IMG/VR virus record: IMGVR_UViG_3300031787_000054
Direction: 5' to 3' (one strand)
DNA from: a virus
Taxonomy: Duplodnaviria > Heunggongvirae > Uroviricota > Caudoviricetes
DNA length: 64,000 bases
Part shown: positions 56,880 through 64,000 of the stretch, piece by piece
Layout: every line of letters starts with the position of its first letter
How positions within the stretch are numbered: position 1 is the first letter of the stretch
Position numbers and translations under genes: made by a program
Notes under the pieces: model-generated
What the model was told of the DNA's origin: nothing
The model's input: the letters and a program-made list of their open reading frames with translations, nothing else
Database searches by the model: none

Positions 56880-57185
56880 ATGTCAGAAGACTTAGAGTAT
56901 TCAACCGCAGAACTAATAATTGCTCATATAGAAGAAACAAACGATATTATTGGAAACATTCGGGAATTTCAAGAACTGATCAACAACGTGTCCGATCCAT
57001 CGTTGAAGATTTTATACGAGGAAGACATAACCTCAGAATCAAAGCAACTAATGAAAGTGTGTCAGAACCTAAAGTTCCTATTGACTAATTACTTGGTTGA
57101 ATGTAAGAACAATAATAGACCAGTAGATATTAATTTTTATCGTGTTTTTAAAGAGTTAGATAAGCTAGGAGATTTAAATGAATAG
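56880..57185 (+). CDS. hypothetical protein
   Basis: 101-aa ORF. Confidence 0.4.
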   Translation: MSEDLEYSTAELIIAHIEETNDIIGNIREFQELINNVSDPSLKILYEEDITSESKQLMKVCQNLKFLLTNYLVECKNNNRPVDINFYRVFKELDKLGDLNE

Positions 57186-57600
57186 TAATAAGTACTTCAT
57201 TTGGAATAAAGGCGATGATATTCAATTAAGTAAGAACTTTAATTCAAAAGAATTCGATTGTCAGTGTTCTAGACCTGCTTGTATTGAACAAAGAATATCA
57301 ATAGACCTAATCGATAAACTAGAATTTATCAGGAAAGAGGTAAATCAACCTCTAACTGTAACATCTGGATTTCGTTGTTTTAATCACCAACAAGATTTAA
57401 AAGACAAAGGAACTGTTAGTACTGTTATTGCTCAGAAATCAACTCACGTATTAGGTGATGCTGTTGATATTAAGATACCGAAGAATAATACAGTTGAAAC
57501 GTTTCTAGAAAGATGTGAAAAACATTTCGAAAGTATCGGTTTAGCTAAAACATTTTTACATTTAGATTTGAGAAAGGGTAAAAGACGTTGGAATTATTAA
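57178..57600 (+). CDS. peptidase M15 (L-Ala-D-Glu / D-Ala-D-Ala metallopeptidase; endolysin candidate)
   Basis: SGFRCFNHQ...STHVLGDAVDIKIP...HLDL matches the zinc-binding H/D/H layout of M15 cell-wall peptidases. Confidence 0.6.
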   Translation: MNSNKYFIWNKGDDIQLSKNFNSKEFDCQCSRPACIEQRISIDLIDKLEFIRKEVNQPLTVTSGFRCFNHQQDLKDKGTVSTVIAQKSTHVLGDAVDIKIPKNNTVETFLERCEKHFESIGLAKTFLHLDLRKGKRRWNY

Positions 57601-57705
57601 CAACTTTCTATAAGATTCGACGTTTAGCAATGCCGAATGTTCCTATTGGAACGATTAATAATAAAGCGGTTCACGCAACCCACGGGTCTTAAAAATTAGG
57701 TAGTT

Positions 57706-57990
57706 ATGGAAAAAATCAAATCATTGATACCAGGAACTCTTTTCGTCTTATTTTGCATAAAGTCATTATTTATCTCTCCAAGTGCTTCAGAAGTAGCAAT
57801 TTGTTTCATTTTAGCAGCAATTACTGCTATATTTACGTATATAGAGAAGATAACTACTGTTAAAAGTTTAGAATTAAAAATTGAAGAAAATAATAAAAAA
57901 GTTGATGAGTATCTAGAATCAGTTAATGCTTTAAGAAATAGTGTTGACTCTGTAAAGATGTCAATTGGTATGAGGAATAACCGTGGCTAA
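57706..57990 (+). CDS. two-TM small membrane protein (holin candidate)
   Basis: 94 aa. Two TM helices followed by a charged coiled-coil tail. Immediately downstream of the M15 peptidase. Confidence 0.4.
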   Translation: MEKIKSLIPGTLFVLFCIKSLFISPSASEVAICFILAAITAIFTYIEKITTVKSLELKIEENNKKVDEYLESVNALRNSVDSVKMSIGMRNNRG

Positions 57991-58435
57991 TAACACATTA
58001 GATCAGTTATCTAAGAAATTCTCTACAGTTGAAGAATTACAAACATATTGTGATTCTCAATTCAAAATTATCCAGAAATTAACTAAACAATTAAATGATT
58101 CTAAGAAAGAAATTGACGAGTTAAAAGAAAAATATATTAAGTTAAAGGAAGCAAAGCCTTCACCTGAAGCTATTAAGTTAAGTAATGGGTCATTAGGTCA
58201 ATTAGGTGTAACAGACGAAGAAGCTATATGTGTTATGCAGTTAAACTTCCTAAAACAAATAGCGGTTGTTAGAGAATTGACACTAGAAGAATCTAAGAAA
58301 GTTGAGATTTACGTTAAAACACTTAATACTATTAGAAATGTACCTAAAAAGATAGAGTTAGAAACTAAAGACATGAGTAATGAACAATTAATTAAGCTCA
58401 TTGAAGCATCGGTTGATAGTTTTGATAAACAATAA
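57983..58435 (+). CDS. coiled-coil protein (terminase small subunit candidate)
   Basis: 150 aa. Directly upstream of, and overlapping, the terminase large subunit start. Confidence 0.35.
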   Translation: MANNTLDQLSKKFSTVEELQTYCDSQFKIIQKLTKQLNDSKKEIDELKEKYIKLKEAKPSPEAIKLSNGSLGQLGVTDEEAICVMQLNFLKQIAVVRELTLEESKKVEIYVKTLNTIRNVPKKIELETKDMSNEQLIKLIEASVDSFDKQ

Positions 58436-59919
58436 TGGAACAAACCAAACTTCCTAAGATATCTAAGCAACAAGCTAAATACGAGCTTTGGCGAAGAGGG
58501 GAATTATCTTGGAAGATGCACTCAGTTCAAAAAGAACTACATAATCTATACAAAAATTCAGGTGAAAATCAGATAATGGTGTGGTTACTATCTAGACAAA
58601 CAGGTAAGTCTTTTTGTTTAGCATTACTTGCTTGTATGGAATGTGTCACAAAACCAAATGCTATCGTAAAACTACTAACAGACACCAAAGTACATGCTCA
58701 AACTATATTTGAACCTTTATTCCGTGAGATTCTAGAGGATTGTCCTGAAGATATTAAGCCTGAATATAATAAAAGTTCCTATATTTACTACTTTCCAAAT
58801 GGCTCCCAGATACAACTAGCTGGTTCAGATGGTGGACACGCAGAAAGACTAAGAGGTCAGAAATCTACACTAGTTCTTATTGACGAAGCTGGTTTCTGTG
58901 ATAAATTAAAGTATAACGTTCTATCTATTCTATTACCAACTACAACACATACTGGCGGTAGAATCATAATGGCTTCAACTCCACCAGAAGACCCTGAACA
59001 TGAGTTTCTTGATTTCATTGAAAAAGCAGAAATGGAAGAAACCTTAATTAAAAAGACAGTATTCGATAATCCTCTTTTAAGTAAGGAACAAATAGACACT
59101 ATTATATCTAGATTCCCGTTAGGAATTAATGACCCTCAGTTTAGACGTGAGTATATGTGTGAAATTCTTAGAAGTGAGGAGAAGTCTGTATTTCCTGAAT
59201 TAAATGAGGAAAAAATGCAAAGGATAGTTGGTGAATGGGATAAGCCTGTGTTCTTTAATTCATATGTTGGTATGGATTTAGGATTTGATGACTTTACTGC
59301 TGTTATATTCCTGTATTATGATTTTATGAAAGACAAGATAGTGGTAGAAGATGAGATAGTAATTGAAGGTAAGAACTTGAAATTAGACGAGTTTGGTCAA
59401 ACTATTTTAGATAAAGAAAAACAGTTGTGGACAAATCCTTTAACTAACGAACTAATAGCTCCAGATGTCAGATGTAGTGATATCAATAAGATAGTGACAA
59501 ATGAGATAGCTAGACACACAGGGTATAAAGTATATTTTGGTGTTCCAAAAGGTAAATTTGATGAGAAAGGTTCTTCTACTAACAAACTAAGAGTATTATT
59601 AGCTAATGAAAAGGTAATAATTAATCCTAGATGTAAGACATTAATCAGACATCTAAAGAATGTACAGTGGAAGAAAAGAACATCAAATAACACTAAATTA
59701 GAGTTTAAAAGATCAATAGATGACGGACATTATGATACAGTAGATGCTTTAATTTATGCGGTTAATTCTATATCATATACAAAGAATCCATACCCTGCTG
59801 GATATAACGTAAATATGCAGAATCTTTATGTTTATGATAAGGATTCGTTTGAGGCAAGAAACGGTAATTATCAAACTAATAATATCCAAGTGTTAAAGAA
59901 ACTATTCAATAGAAAATAA
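58435..59919 (+). CDS. terminase large subunit
   Basis: Walker A WLLSRQTGKSF. Walker B VLIDEAGF. C-terminal nuclease-like acidic residues. Confidence 0.85.
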   Translation: MEQTKLPKISKQQAKYELWRRGELSWKMHSVQKELHNLYKNSGENQIMVWLLSRQTGKSFCLALLACMECVTKPNAIVKLLTDTKVHAQTIFEPLFREILEDCPEDIKPEYNKSSYIYYFPNGSQIQLAGSDGGHAERLRGQKSTLVLIDEAGFCDKLKYNVLSILLPTTTHTGGRIIMASTPPEDPEHEFLDFIEKAEMEETLIKKTVFDNPLLSKEQIDTIISRFPLGINDPQFRREYMCEILRSEEKSVFPELNEEKMQRIVGEWDKPVFFNSYVGMDLGFDDFTAVIFLYYDFMKDKIVVEDEIVIEGKNLKLDEFGQTILDKEKQLWTNPLTNELIAPDVRCSDINKIVTNEIARHTGYKVYFGVPKGKFDEKGSSTNKLRVLLANEKVIINPRCKTLIRHLKNVQWKKRTSNNTKLEFKRSIDDGHYDTVDALIYAVNSISYTKNPYPAGYNVNMQNLYVYDKDSFEARNGNYQTNNIQVLKKLFNRK

Positions 59920-59967
59920 TTCTATACTTAACAACTATAAAAAGCAATTTAAACAAAAGGTTAAGTT

Positions 59968-60708
59968 ATGTTAAAGTTACTAGGCAGCTCATTAAAATGG
60001 TTAAGTCTGTCATTATTGGTTCTTTTTATTTCAGTTAATGCTAATAGATTACACGAATCTTATTTGTTAGATTATATTGGAAACCAAGTAGTTATGGTTA
60101 CAAATGGTAATGGAGGAGGAACTGGATTTCATGTTGAAGCTCCTTCAGGAGATGTTTATATTTTAAGCAATAGACATGTGTGTGCTGTAAAGGATGATAA
60201 TAACTTTGTAACTATCATTACACAAGATGGTAGATCACATAAGAAAAAAGTAATTAAGGAATATAAAAAACACGACTTATGTTTAATTGAACCTGTTCGT
60301 GGATACTCTGGATTGGAATTAACTGAACAAAATGATTTACATTCTAAATTATATATTGTAGGTCATCCAGGATTAAGACCACTTACTTTATCTAGTGGAC
60401 ATTATATTGGAGACGACACAATTTCAATTTCTTCTCCTAATGTTGAAAAGAAAAACTGTAATGGTAAATTTGAAAAGATTCCAGAAAACTCACTTGAATA
60501 CTTCTTTTTTGGATTACAATCAATATGTGTTAATTATTTTGATAGTTATATGACAGATGCTCCTGTTTATGGTGGAAATAGCGGTTCACCGATGGTTGAT
60601 GCTAGAGGTAACGTTTGGGGAGTAGTATTCGCTAAATCAATGAACGCTGTTCACAATGGTTATATTGTTCCTATTGATTTTGTTAAGGATTTTTTAAAGA
60701 AATATTAA
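59968..60708 (+). CDS. secreted trypsin-fold serine protease (S1B/glutamyl-endopeptidase-like)
   Basis: Signal peptide. His in SNRHVC, Asp in KHDLCLIE, Ser in GGNSGSPMV (the GNSGSP variant typical of V8/Spl/exfoliative-toxin-type S1B enzymes). Confidence 0.65.
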   Translation: MLKLLGSSLKWLSLSLLVLFISVNANRLHESYLLDYIGNQVVMVTNGNGGGTGFHVEAPSGDVYILSNRHVCAVKDDNNFVTIITQDGRSHKKKVIKEYKKHDLCLIEPVRGYSGLELTEQNDLHSKLYIVGHPGLRPLTLSSGHYIGDDTISISSPNVEKKNCNGKFEKIPENSLEYFFFGLQSICVNYFDSYMTDAPVYGGNSGSPMVDARGNVWGVVFAKSMNAVHNGYIVPIDFVKDFLKKY

Positions 60709-60720
60709 TTAGGATTCCAA

Positions 60721-62760
60721 ATGGACGATAATAAAAATAATCCAATGGACCAATATTTTGCTCGTAAAAAAGCAGAAGAATGTGCCCACGCATTATTACA
60801 GAAAGGAAGAACCTTCTTTAATATATTAGAAGGTAATTCTTACATCTATAAAATTCAAAATATGTGGAGAGCATACTCTGGTTCATATAGCACAGAGAAC
60901 GGTGAAGGTCATCAAATATCATTTACTGGTGAACAAGGTGAGTTAGTTAAACTACCTGTTAATCACTTTTCTAATCTAGCAAGACATACATATAATATGG
61001 TTACAGCTAATCGTCCTATTATGGAAGCTAGAGCAATCAATACTGATTATAAATCATTATCCCAAACATATTTAGCTAATGGTATATTAGACTACTATAT
61101 GCGTGAAAAGGGATTAGAAGATGTTCTAAATAAAGCAGTAGAGTATGCCATCGTTTTAGGTTCTGGTTATGTTAAACTAGAATGGAACGCTACTTCAGGA
61201 GAAGCAGTAGATGTTGACCCTGAAACAGGTGAATTACATTATACAGGTGAAATTGAATTTAAACCAGTTGACCCTCTTAACGTTATATTTGATGGAACAA
61301 AAGAAACATGGAACCATGAATGGATTGTTATTAGATCATTTCAAAATAAGTTCAATCTAATGGCTAAGTTCCCAGAATATGCACAGAAGATTTCAGAACT
61401 GGATACTAAAAACGCAAATTCTTTATATCGTTTATCTTTGTGGTCAAACGATGACACAGTTGATGTCCCTGTATATGAATTCTATCATAAGAAAACAGAA
61501 GCTATGCCTGAAGGTAGATACATGTTATTCTGTTCAGATGATATCGTTCTTTTAGACACACCAATGCCATACAATAATATTCCAGTACATAGAATTGTTC
61601 CAAGAGAAATACTAGGAACTTGTTACGGATATTCAGACATGTTTGATGTTTTCCCTATTCAAGAAATGATCAACGCTACTTATTCAGCTATAGCTACAAA
61701 TCAAAACGCTTTTGCTGTTCAGAATGTTTATATACCAAGAGAAGCAGATATCAATATCACTTCCATTGCTGGTGGTATGCAAGTATTTGAAGGTAATGCT
61801 AAACCTGAATCATTAAATCTAACAGAAACACCTGCTGAAGTTTATAAATTCTTAGAAATTTTAATTCAATCAGCTGAAACTATGTCTGGTATTAGTTCTG
61901 TCACTAGAGGAAATCCAGAAGCATCTTTAGAATCAGGTGCTGCATTAGCATTGGTTCAATCTATGTCTTTACAGTTCATTAATGGATTACAACAAAGTTA
62001 TGTTAAGATGGTTGAATCTGTTGGTACAGCTCTAATACAAATTTTAAAAGATTATGCTCATACACCGAAGTTAGTTGCTTTAGTTGGTAGAAATAATAGA
62101 TCGTTACTAAAACAATTTACAGGTAAAGAAATAGCTAACATTAATAGAGTTGTAGTTGATATTGGTAACCCTTTATCAAGAACAATTGCTGGTCGTGTTC
62201 AAATGGCAGATCAGTTAGCACAAATGAAACTATTAAAGAATCCTCAACAATATTTCCAAGTAATGAATACTGGTAAAATTGACGTTCTTTTTGAGGGAGA
62301 AATTAGTGAATTATTACTAATTAAATCTGAGAACGAAAGCTTGTTGTCTGGAGAAAAAGTATACGCTTCTATTTTAGATCAACATAGAGCACATATATTA
62401 GAACATAAATCAGTCATGGCTGACCCTGATTTAAGAAAAGACCAAACGTTGGTACAGAATGTACAAGAACATATTAAAGAGCATATTGATTTATTAAGAA
62501 ATGGAGATGCAGATTTGTTACAATTGATTGGTGAACAACCTCTTAATCCTCCACAACAAGCAGGTAATCCTGAACTTCCTCCAGGTCCAATGAATAATCA
62601 AGAAGTAATTGAAGGAAGTCCTATACCAGGTGTACAACAAGCACCTAATCAAACAAAACAAATGGATGACATGGGACAATCTAGTCCTCCAGCGGTAGAT
62701 GCTTCATTATTGCCTAATCCAGATATCCAAGCAAATCAAGCACCAGGAGGAGTTAAATAA
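60721..62760 (+). CDS. portal protein (putative)
   Basis: 679 aa in the position after terminase. Q/P-rich C-terminal tail. No motif confirmation possible by eye. Confidence 0.5.
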   Translation: MDDNKNNPMDQYFARKKAEECAHALLQKGRTFFNILEGNSYIYKIQNMWRAYSGSYSTENGEGHQISFTGEQGELVKLPVNHFSNLARHTYNMVTANRPIMEARAINTDYKSLSQTYLANGILDYYMREKGLEDVLNKAVEYAIVLGSGYVKLEWNATSGEAVDVDPETGELHYTGEIEFKPVDPLNVIFDGTKETWNHEWIVIRSFQNKFNLMAKFPEYAQKISELDTKNANSLYRLSLWSNDDTVDVPVYEFYHKKTEAMPEGRYMLFCSDDIVLLDTPMPYNNIPVHRIVPREILGTCYGYSDMFDVFPIQEMINATYSAIATNQNAFAVQNVYIPREADINITSIAGGMQVFEGNAKPESLNLTETPAEVYKFLEILIQSAETMSGISSVTRGNPEASLESGAALALVQSMSLQFINGLQQSYVKMVESVGTALIQILKDYAHTPKLVALVGRNNRSLLKQFTGKEIANINRVVVDIGNPLSRTIAGRVQMADQLAQMKLLKNPQQYFQVMNTGKIDVLFEGEISELLLIKSENESLLSGEKVYASILDQHRAHILEHKSVMADPDLRKDQTLVQNVQEHIKEHIDLLRNGDADLLQLIGEQPLNPPQQAGNPELPPGPMNNQEVIEGSPIPGVQQAPNQTKQMDDMGQSSPPAVDASLLPNPDIQANQAPGGVK

Positions 62761-63488
62761 TGAGTAATCCTCGTTCTTTATTAGACCCAGGTCAGATTAT
62801 TCAACATTCTTATGATGAAGCTGCTCAACGTATTAGGGTTGATTCTGAAGCAACTGTAGTAAACGCTGACATAGATATACAATTAGATGCTAGTGAAGAT
62901 AATGTTGCTATTCAAGACACAGATGGTGATCAGTTAGAAATTAATGCTGACGGGTCGATTAATGTTAAATCACCAGAAATAGAAGGTAAATTAGACGATG
63001 TAATAAATGAATTACAAGATATTAACTCAGAACTTAATACACAGAGTTCTTTGTTAACTAGTTTAGATTCAAAAGATTTTGCAACATCAGCTAAACAAGA
63101 TACAGGTAACAATAGTTTAAATAGTATAGATTCTAAAATGAATTCTCTTGGTCAAAAAACAATGGCAGGTTCAATGCCTGTTGTTCTTCCGTCTGATCAA
63201 ACAATTAATGTTCAAACACAAAATCCAATGATAATGGCTGGAACTATTGATGGTCAACCAAACGGAACATCATATGTTACAGTTAATAATTTATTTGAAC
63301 AAATACTAAAAACACATGACAGAGATCAACAAATTACTTATGCTGATTTCGGAACAAAAGACCAAAGAATAACTGAGATAGAATACACAAGTTCTACTTT
63401 TCCTGGTGTAACAGCTAAAAAAACAATAAGTTATACACTAGTTAGTGGAAAATATAGAAGAGATAGTATCACACGATCTGTAGTTTAA
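62760..63488 (+). CDS. scaffold-like / head-assembly protein (putative)
   Basis: 242 aa. Acidic and helical. Start overlaps the portal stop. Confidence 0.35.
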   Translation: MSNPRSLLDPGQIIQHSYDEAAQRIRVDSEATVVNADIDIQLDASEDNVAIQDTDGDQLEINADGSINVKSPEIEGKLDDVINELQDINSELNTQSSLLTSLDSKDFATSAKQDTGNNSLNSIDSKMNSLGQKTMAGSMPVVLPSDQTINVQTQNPMIMAGTIDGQPNGTSYVTVNNLFEQILKTHDRDQQITYADFGTKDQRITEIEYTSSTFPGVTAKKTISYTLVSGKYRRDSITRSVV

Positions 63489-63499
63489 GGAGAATATAT

Positions 63500-64000
63500 A
63501 ATGAAGTTAATTAAAGCAGGATTACTTGACAACGTAGTTGGTTCATATGACCAAACAAAAACTACAACTCAAGGAAGAGTTTCACAAAAGACAATAAGCG
63601 GAGATGATTATTTAGGTCCTCCATTATCTAAATTCAATGATTTAATTACAGACCTAGCTCTAACTCCTTCTGGTCCAATATTTAAAACATCAAATAATAG
63701 AGTATTCGTTCCATTCTTAGTAGTAGCTGGTACATTTGGTGTAGCACTATATAATCATAATGCAACAACAAATTCTAATACCTACATTGGACAAATAAGA
63801 TTCAGTATTCCAAATACAGCAGCAACAACTCATACTATTAGAGCATTTAAAGTTATAGATACAGGAACTACTGGATGGAAAATATTCATTAGTACAACTG
63901 GTTCTGTATTATTTAATGGTGCTACATTTCTAGTTAATTCAGTGGATTTAGCTGACTTTATAGCATCTCCTCCTACTTTTGGATTTGCAACAGGAAATGA
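63500..64000 (+). CDS. major capsid-like protein, N-terminal part (runs off window)
   Basis: ATG at 63500 with an AGGAGA RBS. Open to the window end. Position after the scaffold-like gene. Confidence 0.35.

Noticed and set aside
56695-57088. ORFs 56695-56877 and 56828-57088 on the plus strand
   Set aside because: They overlap the better-supported non-overlapping series 56595-56816 and 56880-57185 in other frames.
1-64000. CRISPR arrays, rRNA genes, integrase/transposase or IS elements
   Set aside because: No spacer-repeat periodicity, no 16S/23S-like conserved stretches and no recombinase or transposase signatures were seen. The only repeats are promoters, iteron-like 11-mers and the GC-rich tract.

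Overview
This 64 kb window looks like most of a lytic, AT-rich dsDNA phage genome. There are no rRNA genes, no CRISPR array and no integrase or transposase, so nothing suggests chromosomal context.

Organisation:
- 92-8205 (+): five large low-complexity Gln/Ala/Gly-rich proteins, probably virion internal or ejection proteins, ending in a holin.
- 8.2-51.6 kb (-): about 100 genes carrying replication and nucleotide metabolism. These include a family-B DNA polymerase, an AEP-primase/DnaB-helicase fusion, dUTPase, dNMP kinase, ribonucleotide reductase, ATP-dependent DNA ligase, T4 DenV-like glycosylase, a Cas4-like nuclease and two HNH endonucleases. Many small early genes with tandem paralog families sit among them.
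- 51.1-53.3 kb: a hairpin-rich, relatively GC-rich non-coding hub. It contains a 190-nt alternating purine-pyrimidine (GCGTGTG)n tract that ends in G9.
- 53.3-64 kb (+): small regulators, an M15 peptidase plus a 2-TM protein, terminase large subunit, a secreted S1B-type serine protease, portal, scaffold-like protein and the N-terminus of a capsid-like protein.

The leftward genes are driven by a strongly conserved promoter family, AGTTCTTGACAAA-N17-TATAGT, found at least eight times.

Accessory systems worth follow-up:
1. A candidate peptide or protein ligation module at 40.5-45.6 kb: HExxH peptidase, ATP-grasp ligase, four tandem 77-aa ORFs, a class-II glutamine amidotransferase and a glutamine-synthetase-like amidoligase. 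It resembles a RimK-like or Pup-like conjugation system.
2. An RNA-repair cassette: T4-like polynucleotide kinase/phosphatase, a macro domain and an Rnl2/Rnl5-like RNA ligase. A Pol-beta-fold nucleotidyltransferase and two tRNA-like elements lie nearby.
3. An NAD+ salvage or reconstitution pair, a Nampt/NadV homolog plus a Prs-like phosphoribosyl-diphosphate enzyme, which is a likely counter-defence.
4. A cluster of lipoprotein, secreted and collagen-repeat proteins that are superinfection-exclusion candidates.

The host cannot be assigned. The sigma70/SigA-type promoters and the S1B protease motif would fit a low-GC host.
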